Shown: positions 49,610 to 60,742 of the stretch, piece after piece
Position numbering within the stretch: the first letter of the stretch is position 1
Layout of the letters: every line of letters starts with the position of its first letter
Origin: Myxococcales bacterium
GTDB lineage: Bacteria; Myxococcota; UBA727; JABDBI01
Assembly: GCA_023898405.1 (NCBI GenBank)
Contig: CP060221.1
Span: forward strand, 2,322,481-2,386,480
DNA: 64,000 nucleotides
Reading direction: 5' to 3'
Made by a program: the position numbers and the translations under genes
The notes under the pieces: generated by a model
Told to the model about the DNA's origin: nothing
The model's input: only the letters and a program-made list of their open reading frames with translations
Database searches by the model: none

Positions 49610-51313
49610 ATGATAAGGATATATTTTTTTTCTATGACTCTTGCATCTATTTTTTCTTATGCAGGAAACCTGGAAAATAATATCGAAAACAAACAATATA
49701 AAAATTCACAACAAGAAGTATTTAATTTACCAAATTTTTTACTATCTATAGGCGAGTTAGAATTTTACAGAACTTCTGATGTTAAAGATATTGATGATGG
49801 AAATAACAATATAATAAATGATGAAAGTTCTTTAAAAAGTATCAAAAATAATTTTTCAACATATCTTATGATTAAAAAGAAAATTTTATATGTGCAAAAG
49901 TTTTGTACATCCTCAGTGGAGTCTTTAGTGGAGTCTTTCAAAAAAAACGATGTATGCTTTGCATCTTCCCAGGAAACAAACCTTAAAGGAAAGCATATTT
50001 TATTTTTGAATTATGTATTTTGTGAGATTTTAAACTATGAGGATACAACTCAAACAAACAAGCTTTCAGAAGCTCATGATGTTCAAATCTCTCAGCTCAT
50101 TAGTCTTCTCTCTTCTGCGCCTACAGTTGTTTTTGATGATGAGAAAGATTTGCATAAAAGTTATCCCCATTTTTATCAAGACTATCAATCTATTAATTTA
50201 AGTAGGGATACTGATACTAATAAAACACAAAAAATACTGTCAGGACAAGCTAATCATTTAAACATCAGTGATGATTTTATGCAGTCATTTAAAGTAGTTT
50301 TTGATGATTTTAATTGTAATGACCACACAAATATTACAGATGAAAAATGGATAGAAATTACAAAAGCCCTAAAAGAACGTTGGGGTTCTTTAAAAAGTAA
50401 TAAAAAATTTAACCAAACTCTCCGTAATCTTCCGTTTAAAAATGATCAAAAATATGGTCCTTATTTGGCAAAATTAATCACAGTAAGTAAAACGCTTTTT
50501 TATGATGAGGATAGTGAAACGATAATAGCCTTTGGAAAAAATGGTGAACCATTTAATTTTTATAAAGAGTTTTTAGATTTTTATGGAGAAAACCCTGGCA
50601 TTATAGACTTAACTAATTTTTGTTCCACAGACGATGAAAAGCTTAACTTCTTGAAAGAAGGCGCCGAGAAACTTAAAGAGCGTTGGGATCCCGAAGGGAG
50701 TAAAAACTACAAGGGATTGGAGTCAGCGCTTAAACGCATCGCCGAAAAGAAAAAAATTTCTCCTGAAATAAATTTATTTATTCAACAAATGCTCAACACA
50801 TGCCAGCTGATAAGAATACCTCGTACTCCTTTTTCATGGAATAATGATTTATTAGAACTCAAGAGAAGAACGAGAATAAATTTTTATTATAAAGAAAATA
50901 GATTGTTAGATGCGTTAAAAAATCATTTTAAAAATGAATGTAATATGTATAATTATTCTCACTCAACGGTGGATAGAAAAAGTAATAAATATTGGAAAAA
51001 TGTGGCTACCATAATAAAAGAAAAATGGGATATAATTTGCGATGCAAAAAAAGAAGTAAGTAACTATGAAGAAAAAAACTGGCATAACTTTAGAGACGCT
51101 ATGAGTAGGGTAATAAAGATAAATAATGATGCTGAAATAGAAGAAAAACTTGCAAAAATTAAGCTCGCTGCATGCAAGATTTATACCGATAAATATAATG
51201 CAGCAACTGCCCAGAAAAGGCGTGAAAAAAGGAAGAGAGACAATTTAAATGGGAAAGATGAATTGGCGCTTCCTTCAAAAAAAGTCAATAGTGAGATAGC
51301 ATCAGAGACATGA
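49610..51313 (+). CDS. Large secreted hypothetical protein (about 567 aa from the revised start).
   Basis: AGGAG RBS before MIRIYFFSMTLASIFSYAGN. Lys/Asn-rich. No recognisable domain. Confidence 0.4.
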   Translation: MIRIYFFSMTLASIFSYAGNLENNIENKQYKNSQQEVFNLPNFLLSIGELEFYRTSDVKDIDDGNNNIINDESSLKSIKNNFSTYLMIKKKILYVQKFCTSSVESLVESFKKNDVCFASSQETNLKGKHILFLNYVFCEILNYEDTTQTNKLSEAHDVQISQLISLLSSAPTVVFDDEKDLHKSYPHFYQDYQSINLSRDTDTNKTQKILSGQANHLNISDDFMQSFKVVFDDFNCNDHTNITDEKWIEITKALKERWGSLKSNKKFNQTLRNLPFKNDQKYGPYLAKLITVSKTLFYDEDSETIIAFGKNGEPFNFYKEFLDFYGENPGIIDLTNFCSTDDEKLNFLKEGAEKLKERWDPEGSKNYKGLESALKRIAEKKKISPEINLFIQQMLNTCQLIRIPRTPFSWNNDLLELKRRTRINFYYKENRLLDALKNHFKNECNMYNYSHSTVDRKSNKYWKNVATIIKEKWDIICDAKKEVSNYEEKNWHNFRDAMSRVIKINNDAEIEEKLAKIKLAACKIYTDKYNAATAQKRREKRKRDNLNGKDELALPSKKVNSEIASET

Positions 51314-51608
51314 AGATTAAAAACTATTAGATTAGTGAACAGTTTAAATAATTATTTGTGAATGGCTTGAGATTATGTTTGGCATTCTCTTTTTTGGTTC
51401 CGCCAATAAGTTTGGTATAATCAATTGGAGAAAATTTTTGGCGATATAAAAATAACAAAAAAAATTATCAGGGTATAAAAATATTTAAGCCAAATTTTCA
51501 TTTCTCAAGTTCCTTTTTTAGAGCCTGCTAAATGCCTGGTTAAACAGTACACATTTATTTTTTATGCCAAGAGAATTTTTTGAAAAGATATTTTTTGTGC
51601 TTTGATTT

Positions 51609-52001
51609 TTACCAGGCCAGGGAGCGGCATTCAAAAATAATTGTCTCTAATACTCGCCTGCGGTCCTGGGTATCAGGTTGTCGGTAAAGTACAGTAGTTG
51701 AATTTTCTTCTTTTAAAATTAAACTATCTCTTAGCCCACCTTCTAATCTATAACTGATGCCTAGTTCATTAGGTCCTAAATCTGTTGCAGTTAGACTATC
51801 TTTTTCAGCGAACCATTCTCCGTTAGAATTTTTGTACGTAAAGCTCGTAAGAACTCGTGCATTGCCATTTTTTTCTACTTGAAAAATAATTTTTTCTTGA
51901 CCATTAACAATGCCTGAGCGGATGCAAACATATTTTACGTTTTGTGCGTATGAAATCTGGCTTAACATAAAGACCAAAATAAAGCTTATTTTCTTTCGCA
52001 T
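51609..52001 (-). CDS. Small secreted hypothetical protein.
   Basis: Signal peptide MRKKISFILVFMLSQISYA. Confidence 0.4.
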   Translation of the reverse strand: MRKKISFILVFMLSQISYAQNVKYVCIRSGIVNGQEKIIFQVEKNGNARVLTSFTYKNSNGEWFAEKDSLTATDLGPNELGISYRLEGGLRDSLILKEENSTTVLYRQPDTQDRRRVLETIIFECRSLAW

Positions 52002-52129
52002 TTTTTTATCCTTTACTCCAAAATCTGAAAGTTTATTCCTAGAATAATTTAAAAACTTTGGGAGTAGATTTTAAAACAAACAAAGAAAGTATCCTGGATT
52101 CTTCGCTGCATGAAATTGCAAAGAAGATG

Positions 52130-53182
52130 TCAAAGCGAAGCCATGTCTATGACGAAACGATATTTTACATCACCTTTGAGCATTCTTTCGTATGCTTGGT
52201 TGATAGAGTTCATCGATATCATTTCTATGTCTGCAGTAATTCCGTGTGCAGCGCAAAAATCGAGCATTTCTTGGGTTTCGGCAATTTCACCGATAACAGA
52301 TCCTGCGATAGAGCGGCGGGCAAAAATTAAATTAAACGCAGTGGGCGAGGGGTGAGGCTGTGCTGGAGCACCCACTAAGGTTAAGGTAGAATCACGCTTC
52401 AATAGTTGTACATATACATCTAAATTATGGGATGCTGCTACTGTGTTGAGTATGAAATCAAAGCTCGAAGCATGGTGCGCCATTTGTTTTTCATCTTTGG
52501 AAATCACTACCTCATGTGCTCCCAAATTAATTGCTGTATCGATCTTTGATGTAGAAGTTGTAAAAGCAACAACATGTGCACCCATAGCACGAGCAAGTTT
52601 AACTCCCACGTGTCCAAGACCGCCGATACCAGCAATGCCAACTTTTTTTCCCGGCCCTGTATGCCAATGGCGTAAAGCAGAATAGGTTGTAATGCCTGCG
52701 CAAAGTAAAGGCGCTACGGCGGCAAGCTCTTTTTCATGATGGCTTATCTTTAGAACAAAATCTTCATCAACTACGATTGAGCGGGAATAACCACCATAAG
52801 TATTAGGTCCTTCACCATGCAAAAGCCCATTATAAGTTCCAGTAGCTCCTCCTGCGCCCTGACAATATTGCTCTAAATTATTTGTACACGACGGGCAGAC
52901 GCGGCAACTGTCGACAAGGCATCCAACACCTACTATATCCCCCACCTTGTATTTTTTTGTTTCATTGCCAACTGCACTCACTCGGCCAACTATTTCGTGT
53001 CCAGGAACACATGGATATTTTGTGTTTCCCCATTCGTTTCGCGCGGTATGAAGATCAGAATGGCAGACACCGCAGTATAGTATGTCGATCGCAACGTCCT
53101 TTTGGCCAACTTCTCTTCGTTCGATTGTAAAGGACTCAAGAGGGAGGTGAGCTCCATTAGTGGCATATGCTTTCGTGTTCAT
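52130..53182 (-). CDS. Zinc-dependent alcohol dehydrogenase (cinnamyl-alcohol dehydrogenase-like, MDR family).
   Basis: GVCHSDLH zinc-binding motif. GHEIVG. Structural-zinc Cys cluster (CRVCPSC). Rossmann motif GIGGLGHVG. Confidence 0.8.
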   Translation of the reverse strand: MNTKAYATNGAHLPLESFTIERREVGQKDVAIDILYCGVCHSDLHTARNEWGNTKYPCVPGHEIVGRVSAVGNETKKYKVGDIVGVGCLVDSCRVCPSCTNNLEQYCQGAGGATGTYNGLLHGEGPNTYGGYSRSIVVDEDFVLKISHHEKELAAVAPLLCAGITTYSALRHWHTGPGKKVGIAGIGGLGHVGVKLARAMGAHVVAFTTSTSKIDTAINLGAHEVVISKDEKQMAHHASSFDFILNTVAASHNLDVYVQLLKRDSTLTLVGAPAQPHPSPTAFNLIFARRSIAGSVIGEIAETQEMLDFCAAHGITADIEMISMNSINQAYERMLKGDVKYRFVIDMASL

Positions 53183-53592
53183 CTGATATTCTCTCATTTG
53201 TTGATTATCGATAAAGCCAAAAATGATAAAAGACAAAACCTAGTTATTCAAACGCGAAAAAAGTAAAGATTATTCTTTGATGCTCATTAAATTAATTTTT
53301 CGTTTACGATGCTGCAAAAATTAAGAGGCTGTTTTGAAAGTATTTAACAAATGATTTTTGAGGAAATTTTTTGCAAAATCGACGAGAGGTTTGCTGATAA
53401 TATCCAGCATATTAGCAAAAATTTCTTGTTGATTAGGGGGGAAATTAACCTAAAATGCTTTGCTAAATACTTTTAAAACGTTTCTAAAACACGATATGAC
53501 AGCAAATAAAAGAAATTCAAAAAATACCGAACGGTATTTTTAAATAAAATTGAACGATAAATTTGTTATTCATAGTACAGAGGAAAATTTTC

Positions 53593-54027
53593 ATGAAATC
53601 TCATTTAGTGATGCTGATTCTTATGTTTTTTTTACCAGGCCATTTTGTAATAGCGGGACATGCAGATAAAAATACAGCGGATAAAACGGCTGGGCCAACA
53701 TATTCTGAAATAGCTCAAATAATTATTACGGAAATTGAGCTTTATGAATATGTCCTGAATGCTTGTTTGGGGTGTAAAGTGTGCAGGGCGTGGAAAAAAC
53801 TTATTGGCTCAGACAAGAGTAATCATGTAGAAACTCGGCTTGATGAACTTGTTCAGCTCAAAAATAGTATTACTAAAACTAATTTTAATGAGCGCCAAAA
53901 AAAATCTCAGTTTAAAGAGAGATTTGAAGCGATGTATAGACGTAAAGAATTTTCTGGGAAGTTTGGCCAGGCATTTTTTAAAAATATCACGACACAAGCC
54001 TGGTTAAAGAAATCAAAAGACCAATAA
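53593..54027 (+). CDS. Secreted hypothetical protein.
   Basis: Signal peptide MKSHLVMLILMFFLPGHFVIAG. GAGGAAAA RBS. Confidence 0.4.
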   Translation: MKSHLVMLILMFFLPGHFVIAGHADKNTADKTAGPTYSEIAQIIITEIELYEYVLNACLGCKVCRAWKKLIGSDKSNHVETRLDELVQLKNSITKTNFNERQKKSQFKERFEAMYRRKEFSGKFGQAFFKNITTQAWLKKSKDQ

Positions 54028-54151
54028 CTGTTTGCTTATACTAATCTTTTATATTTATTTAGCGATTGTTACTATTTCGCTAAAACGGCTTAGAAACGCT
54101 GCTATTTTGATTTTTTAAACAGTCTCTAAGTACAAGCAATGTGTCGATCTA

Positions 54152-54188
54152 AATAAAAAGCCTTCACAAAAATGAAGGCCTTATTTTT
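54152..54188. terminator. Bidirectional terminator between the convergent 53593-54027 gene and rho.
   Basis: Hairpin GCCTTCA-caaaaa-TGAAGGC flanked by A-run and T-run. Confidence 0.55.
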
Positions 54189-55557
54189 AACGACTCATGG
54201 AGGCAATAAAGTCAGCATTAGATTTGGTATCTTTGATACGGCTCTTCAAAAATTCCATCGAGTCAATGACGTTCAACGGATGGACGAGCTGTCTTAAAAT
54301 CCAAACACGGTTTAATACCTCAGGAGCTAGCAATAGTTCTTCCTTTCTAGTGCCTGATTTGTTGATGTCGAGGCAAGGGAAAATACGTTTTTCCATAAGC
54401 TTTCGATCAAGAACAATTTCGGCGTTACCTGTACCTTTGAACTCTTCAAAGATAACTTCATCCATACGGCTACCAGTGTCGATCAATGCGGTAGCGATGA
54501 TGGTCAACGAGCCTCCGCGCTCAACGTTACGCGCAGCACCAAAAAAACGCTTAGGTTTATGAAGTGCATTGGAATCTACGCCACCTGATAAAATTTTGCC
54601 GCTCGGAGGAACAACGGTGTTATAGGCGCGGCCTAAGCGGGTAATATTATCCAAAAGAATAACAACATCTTTTTTATTTTCAACCAAGCGTTTAGCTCGC
54701 TCGATGACCATTTCCGCAACTTGAACATGGCGTTGAGGAGGCTCATCAAAAGTAGAAGAAATCACTTCGCCTTGAACGTGACGCTTCATATCGGTTACTT
54801 CTTCTGGACGTTCATCGATGAGTAAGACGATCAAAACAACATCAGGATGATTGGTGGTAATAGCGTTAGCAATTTCTTGCATCAATACTGTTTTACCAGT
54901 TCGTGGCGGAGCAACAATTAATGCTCTTTGTCCCTTTCCGATTGGGCACAAAATATCGATAATTCTGGTAGATATGGCATTATTGGTAGTTTCAAGATTA
55001 AATTTTTCAGTGGGATATAGCGGTGTGAGATTTTCGAAGGAAACTTTTCTTCGGTGTTCTTCTGGAGAGACGCCATTGATAGACTCTATCTTTAATATTG
55101 AGTAATAGCGCTCTTTTTCGGCTGGTGGACGGATTTGTCCACGGACGGTATCGCCAGTTCTGAGGCCATAGACTCTAATTTGCGAGGGAGCAACATAGAT
55201 ATCATCGCTTGACGGCTCATAATTGTAAGCTGGTTCACGCAAAAAGCCATAACCATCGGGAAAGGTTTCTAAAACACCTTCGCAAATGATGGCACCCTTC
55301 TGGGCTGTTTGCGCCTTGAGCATAGCAAAAACAAGATCCTGTTTACGCACCAAACTTTCGGTAGAGAGTCCTGCTGCTTCAACTTTGTCTCTAAGATCTT
55401 CGATCTTGTCATGTTTGAGAGCTGATAGATCCAATGTAGGAATAGCAGGGTCAATTTCTGGCTGAACTCTTTCCTGGCGATTAGAAGAATAATTACGAGA
55501 TTTCTTCCTAACTGGTTCGCGTGGAGGAGAAGGGCGATTAACTTTTTCTTCGTTCAT
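54187..55557 (-). CDS. rho: Transcription termination factor Rho.
   Basis: N-terminal RNA-binding/OB region. Walker A (GKTVLMQ context: PPRTGKT). RecA-like core. 456 aa. Confidence 0.9.
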   Translation of the reverse strand: MNEEKVNRPSPPREPVRKKSRNYSSNRQERVQPEIDPAIPTLDLSALKHDKIEDLRDKVEAAGLSTESLVRKQDLVFAMLKAQTAQKGAIICEGVLETFPDGYGFLREPAYNYEPSSDDIYVAPSQIRVYGLRTGDTVRGQIRPPAEKERYYSILKIESINGVSPEEHRRKVSFENLTPLYPTEKFNLETTNNAISTRIIDILCPIGKGQRALIVAPPRTGKTVLMQEIANAITTNHPDVVLIVLLIDERPEEVTDMKRHVQGEVISSTFDEPPQRHVQVAEMVIERAKRLVENKKDVVILLDNITRLGRAYNTVVPPSGKILSGGVDSNALHKPKRFFGAARNVERGGSLTIIATALIDTGSRMDEVIFEEFKGTGNAEIVLDRKLMEKRIFPCLDINKSGTRKEELLLAPEVLNRVWILRQLVHPLNVIDSMEFLKSRIKDTKSNADFIASMSR

Positions 55558-56368
55558 ATTTTACTGATTTCCTTTATGGATTCTATTATTGACATCGTCA
55601 AGAATGCTAAAACACCATGAAACAGGACCAAGCTGCTTAAAAAATTTAGTATATTCCTGACAAAACCAAGAGGCCTGATTGATGCTTTGCACGAGCTTCA
55701 GGCACATTATGCATACACTGTAGTTGTAGATGCGTTATGTCAAGAGTTACAGAAGAAAAAGTTGTTTAAAGTACATAATATCAATGGTTTATAAAGAAGT
55801 GTTTATATACTTCTTTAAGGGGAGATCGTGAATAAAATGCTGACTATTGCTGGATACATTAGCAATGAATGAAGCTCACAATGTCATTAATCACAGGAAG
55901 TATAAACTGCACAAGCTCTAAAATAATTTATTGAGGGTGGAGGCTCATAAGATCTTTAGTCTTAATCATAGCGAATGAATACAGGGAAGCATTATGTTTG
56001 TTTAATATCAACGGCGATATATTTCTCATTTTCTAAGCTCGTAAGTCCAACTTACACATCATAAAGTCCCAATTTTTCTTGAATGTACTTTCCATTTAAA
56101 TTGAGCGTCTTCGAGGTTTCGTTACTATCACCAAATTCACAGCTGATATTCATGCCATCATCAAAAGACGTAAACGAATTAGATAAAAAATGGTAGTCAG
56201 CACGGTTTTCATATTTATCTCCAAAATGATCTCTAAACTGGTTAGGCTGATGATATCAAGTTTAAATATTTGTAATTAATATGATAAAAAATATTTTTTC
56301 ATTTTTTTATAAAAAATATTTTTAATAGCATTAGTATTGCTGGGAAAAAATAAACAAGGCTGTGCATT

Positions 56369-56893
56369 ATGTTTACCAAGTTGCTTGCGAAAATTAGTGC
56401 CGATGTAGCATTGAGAGCTAGCATAAGTTTTATGCTTACGTGTTTTATGGGGCAGGCGATTCATGCTGCGACCGATTCAACAACTATGAATGTGACGGCA
56501 ACCGTACAGGCCACCTGTGTATTTGATTCTATTGTAGATTCTGGTTTTGGCAATATTTCAGGACTATTTACTGCAGATGCGGATATTTCTTCTGGTTCAA
56601 TCAGTGTTCAATGTACCAATTTGGCTGGCTATTCGATTGGCATTGATAATGGGAGTAATTTTTTGGTAAATCGTCGAATGGCATTTAGTGGAAATTTTAT
56701 TAATTATGAACTCTATCAAGATTCTGGATATACCCAGGTTTGGGGGGATATTAGTTCGGGTAATGAGAAATTACTGCAAGTGGGGGATGGAGCAGTACAA
56801 GCTCATACAGTGTATGCAAGAATTCCTTCAGGACAAAGTCCAGCTGGTGCAGGTTCTTATTCTGATCAGGTCACAGTGACTGTAAATTTTTAA
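56369..56893 (+). CDS. Spore-coat-U (SCPU) domain pilin, CsuA/B-like.
   Basis: Signal peptide. Conserved Cys pair. YELYQDSGYTQVWGD signature (YxLYxD). Confidence 0.6.
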   Translation: MFTKLLAKISADVALRASISFMLTCFMGQAIHAATDSTTMNVTATVQATCVFDSIVDSGFGNISGLFTADADISSGSISVQCTNLAGYSIGIDNGSNFLVNRRMAFSGNFINYELYQDSGYTQVWGDISSGNEKLLQVGDGAVQAHTVYARIPSGQSPAGAGSYSDQVTVTVNF

Positions 56894-57414
56894 AAAGTGA
56901 CCGTAACTTGGATGGTTTGGCTATAACTGCCAGCGGTGACCGTTTGTGATGCTGGAATGCGCCCGTAAATAATGTGGTCTGAACTGCAGCTACGAGGGCC
57001 ACAAACAATTATTATGGGGCAAGTCTGCGAACAGGATCCACTTACGGTGGAAGTTCCATTGAGGCCATCACCAAATATATTGGTGTGATTTATATCTGTA
57101 TACAAATTGTATAATAATTGCGATGAACTTGGTCCGCTCATATATCTTTGAGTGGGGGGATTGCCATCAAATCCACCACTAATGGTATAGCTCGCTGACA
57201 AATCAGAGAGTCCACCACTGCTGCATGATACTGTAACGGTAGCTTGGCTATCTGTGGGGCTAGCAGTTGAAAATTGATAGTTTCCAAAAGGCATATTGGT
57301 AGTAGCAATGGTACAGGTACAAGGGGCGGTTCCGTTGCAAGTTGAAAAAACTACTTTGCTCGATAGTAAGATTATGATCGAGATGAAAATAATATTAGAA
57401 TGTGCACGTAACAT
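56890..57414 (-). CDS. SCPU-domain pilus subunit (minor or tip subunit).
   Basis: Signal peptide. YNLYTDINHTNIFGD signature. Last gene of the chaperone-usher operon on the minus strand. Confidence 0.55.
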   Translation of the reverse strand: MLRAHSNIIFISIIILLSSKVVFSTCNGTAPCTCTIATTNMPFGNYQFSTASPTDSQATVTVSCSSGGLSDLSASYTISGGFDGNPPTQRYMSGPSSSQLLYNLYTDINHTNIFGDGLNGTSTVSGSCSQTCPIIIVCGPRSCSSDHIIYGRIPASQTVTAGSYSQTIQVTVTF

Positions 57415-59677
57415 TACCTAAATCCTCTAAAATATCTTGTGATTTTTTAGGAAGCTTTATTTCAAATCCGCATTTCGGTTCAGTCAGTTTGCCTGAGTAG
57501 GTTGATAGAGAAGAAGGAACATTGAGATATACCAAACCATCATTGGCCACAAACCCACTTTCACTGCCATCATTTGAGTAAATCCTTGTGCCTGCAAGAG
57601 CGGCTTTCCCGTTGATAACTAAGCGAAATAAAACATGTCGAACTGTTTTTACCAAAAAATCTACTCGGTGCGCTGATTTATATCCAGGCACAAAAATAGA
57701 ATTTTTATTGAGGTCTTCGATTTCAATATGAGAGTCAAGATTTTTTGAATTAATGCTAAGCCTGGTAGGTTGATAAGGGGGTAAGTCGCTTAGGATTAGG
57801 TGCCCATCTGCATTGGTTTGGCCGAGATATACTGAGTTGTCTTTATAGATTTCAATCTCTTTTTGCATGGGGATATTTATGAGCGTAATGCCTTTTTCAA
57901 TTGGTTTCGAATAAAAAAATTGATTTTCAATGACGCCAAAAGAGCCATCAAATTGTCCCAAGTATGAGAGTGATTCTTTACTGGCTTGAACATCAAGCCT
58001 GCTGCGCATGTAATTATTGCCAAAGCCAATATTTCCATGTCCCATAATCTTGCGTTCAAATTGGGCCATCAAGGCATATGATAGGCGATTATTTCGATTA
58101 TTATCGGCGCTTTTATAATAACTTGCTGCTGATGAATAACTGCCATCATTTTTTTGTACTCCTAGAGACATAGAGTGCCGGTTCGCGGGCGTGTATGAAA
58201 AATACAAAAAAAAGTCAAAATTATTTTGGTTGAAGTTATAGGTGCTGCTTAAGTGTAGATTTAAATTTCCATCCAAAAAGAGAGCTTGTTTAAGGCCGAT
58301 AGAATGATAATCATCATCCTCACCACGGCTAAATAAATAATTTATGGAAGAGTGCTGCAGGTAAGTTTTGTTGAGGCGAAATGCACTTGAAATTCTCAAT
58401 TTTTGTTTGTTAATTTTTTTTAAAGGGGAGGAGGGGAAATCTTTGGATACCAAAACTCCTCTTGAGCTCCAGTAAATGTCAAATTTTCTCAGGTTGAATT
58501 CAGCTGCAACAAGATAACCAGAGTTTTTTTCCCTCATCCCCAAGCCCAAAGCTATCGCTGCGGAACCAAAATCAAATAGTCTAAAACGATTTTCTGCCCC
58601 TAAAGAAAAAAGAGTCCTCCCAATTAAAGAATAGAATGAGGGGGTCCAAAAATCTGCTACTCCAATTTTGTGGTTGCCAATGAAAATGGGTTCACCATAT
58701 GAAAAACTTTTAACGCCGTAGTCTTTTCGCAAAAAGCCAAAGCTATAGCTGAAAGCAGAAAGACCTGGCTTTAAAATTTCTGGATCAGCAAAATATGAAA
58801 AGGGAATAACGCTGGCAATTCCTGATTTATCTTTAACTATGAGCTTTCCGCTCTGCGCGCCGCTAGGTAAATTTAAATTATCTAGAATAAATTTCCCTGT
58901 ATCTAAATTATTTTTATGTCTGAGATTTTCATTGATCCAAATTTCTGCGCTTCCTGGCATATGTGCCACTCCAGAAAGCTCTGTGGTGGGATAACTTAAA
59001 AAGCCGCTCTGAAATGAAAAATTTTTAACAATTTTTAAACCACCGCAAGCAAAAAGCCCGCCCCAACTTGGCGCATCAGTGGCATAATCGCCAACGATGA
59101 GTCGCATATTATTTTTATAGAGATCTAGATTATACGAAGTCTCGAGCCGAACAATATTGTTATAAGTACCGTTAGTCGTACTAAATTGATTAGAAAGAGC
59201 GCCAAATGGAGTGGCAAAAACTGGGTGATGGGCGCTTTCAAAAGAAATATTATTTGTGTTTATAGCGTGATGCAGGCTTAGGTGATGATTCCAGTAAAAA
59301 GCGTAAGTGAGATCGTTGACTTCAACACTTGGCGCCTGAAAATCAATTCTATTTGTGGTTAAATATTTTGATGGTATTTCTAGTCGCAAACTAAGATCAG
59401 ACATGGAAAGCTCTTTTTTAATGTCCTTTGGAAGCAAATAGAGAGATTCATTATTAATTAATTTACTGCTAAGAATATCTGATTGTAAGTGTAGTAAATT
59501 TATTAAGTCATGTTTGATCCAGTAATCATGATTTTGATCAAGTATTTCATGCACTCCATCTATCTTGTTTTGGTTTGCATAAACATCAAGATAAAGCTGT
59601 TGGGTGGCATCGTTACTTTTGCAGAGCCCTGCGGTGTTAAATGAAATAAATAGTGTAAAAAATATTCTTACAAACAT
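57395..59677 (-). CDS. Outer-membrane fimbrial usher protein (Csu/sigma-type chaperone-usher pathway).
   Basis: 760 aa. Signal peptide. Beta-rich, Tyr/Phe/Asn-rich composition. Position between chaperone and SCPU subunit genes. Confidence 0.55.
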   Translation of the reverse strand: MFVRIFFTLFISFNTAGLCKSNDATQQLYLDVYANQNKIDGVHEILDQNHDYWIKHDLINLLHLQSDILSSKLINNESLYLLPKDIKKELSMSDLSLRLEIPSKYLTTNRIDFQAPSVEVNDLTYAFYWNHHLSLHHAINTNNISFESAHHPVFATPFGALSNQFSTTNGTYNNIVRLETSYNLDLYKNNMRLIVGDYATDAPSWGGLFACGGLKIVKNFSFQSGFLSYPTTELSGVAHMPGSAEIWINENLRHKNNLDTGKFILDNLNLPSGAQSGKLIVKDKSGIASVIPFSYFADPEILKPGLSAFSYSFGFLRKDYGVKSFSYGEPIFIGNHKIGVADFWTPSFYSLIGRTLFSLGAENRFRLFDFGSAAIALGLGMREKNSGYLVAAEFNLRKFDIYWSSRGVLVSKDFPSSPLKKINKQKLRISSAFRLNKTYLQHSSINYLFSRGEDDDYHSIGLKQALFLDGNLNLHLSSTYNFNQNNFDFFLYFSYTPANRHSMSLGVQKNDGSYSSAASYYKSADNNRNNRLSYALMAQFERKIMGHGNIGFGNNYMRSRLDVQASKESLSYLGQFDGSFGVIENQFFYSKPIEKGITLINIPMQKEIEIYKDNSVYLGQTNADGHLILSDLPPYQPTRLSINSKNLDSHIEIEDLNKNSIFVPGYKSAHRVDFLVKTVRHVLFRLVINGKAALAGTRIYSNDGSESGFVANDGLVYLNVPSSLSTYSGKLTEPKCGFEIKLPKKSQDILEDLGNVTCTF

Positions 59678-59679
59678 AT

Positions 59680-60402
59680 TTATTTTATTTCACTTTTTAT
59701 TATTGGGATAGAAATGGAGTTTTTTTGGTTAGACGATGAATAATCTATCGTTAGGTTTTTAGGAGTTGCATCATTTTTTAAAGGTATTTCCCAAGAATAA
59801 AAGCTTCCCGGTAAAATATAACGCAATTCCTTAAAGCTCATAGGGCTTATATTAGTCGTCGTTAGGTTCTCAAGTACTATGTGTTTATTTGAATTATTGC
59901 TTAATGTTAATTCTATTTGTTTTTTATCCTTTTGGATGATGGCTTTCCATTGAAGCTGCTCATCAAATTTAAAATTATCAGCATAAATAAATAGAGGAAT
60001 GCTTATTTTTAGGTTAAATATAAATCCATTTTTATTTTTTTTGTTGTTTGAAATTTGATTGAAATAAACTCTATAAGAGGCTTCTTTTTGTAGATCAGCT
60101 TTAGTGCTTAATATAATTCTAAATTTTTGTTTTGATTGGGCTGAAATCTTAGCAGTAACCGGCAATATCAATATATCCTTGGTATCTTCATATATATCTT
60201 GTCCATTTTTTTGGCTCCAACGCTTAAGTGAGGCCTCAAAGAAAACATCTTCATTACCTTTGTTTTCTAAGCTCATCTCTTGGATAGAGTTTTTGGGAGA
60301 TAGATCAATTTTTGTTGGGCTTATAGCAATTTTTCCATGAAGATTGAATGCTAATATAAAGCTGGGCCACAGTTTGCTCATGAATAATTTTATCTTTCTC
60401 AT
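59680..60402 (-). CDS. Periplasmic pilus chaperone (PapD-like).
   Basis: 240 aa with signal peptide. Immediately upstream of the usher with a 2-nt gap. Confidence 0.5.
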   Translation of the reverse strand: MRKIKLFMSKLWPSFILAFNLHGKIAISPTKIDLSPKNSIQEMSLENKGNEDVFFEASLKRWSQKNGQDIYEDTKDILILPVTAKISAQSKQKFRIILSTKADLQKEASYRVYFNQISNNKKNKNGFIFNLKISIPLFIYADNFKFDEQLQWKAIIQKDKKQIELTLSNNSNKHIVLENLTTTNISPMSFKELRYILPGSFYSWEIPLKNDATPKNLTIDYSSSNQKNSISIPIIKSEIK

Positions 60403-60539
60403 GTTTTAAATTTAGCTTAATTTTATAAAAATATTAATTATTTTGAGTTGGATTAATGGGTTGTATTGAGTTTGATAAAATGGAGAAAAATTAGTTGTAA
60501 GCCATGTTCGCTTGGAGAGACTACTGTGTTAAATGCCAC

Positions 60540-60660
60540 AGTGAAACAACAGTATGGCGGCTCCTGGCTTTCGTAATCACTATGAAAATGGTTATTATTC
60601 AGCTTTTGTTTTAGACCCCGATGGGCATAATATTGAAGCGGTGTTCAAAGAACTGTGCTG
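60540..60660 (+). pseudogene. C-terminal remnant of a glyoxalase/VOC-family gene.
   Basis: Manual translation gives ...NHYENGYYSAFVLDPDGHNIEAVFKELC* with no upstream start. Confidence 0.3.
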
Positions 60661-60742
60661 ACTATGAATAATACGTTATAAATTTTCCCATGAGTTTGTT
60701 TTATATTTTACAGTAAAATCTGCTGTTTTAGGGTGTAAGATT

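Noticed and set aside
55561-56368. A minus-strand frame (about 56060-56250) translating to ...RDHFGDKYENRADYHFLSNSFTSFDDGMNISCEFGDSNETSK... as a possible gene.
   Set aside because: No start codon for over 60 codons and no RBS. Likely a decayed remnant. Mentioned only in a finding.
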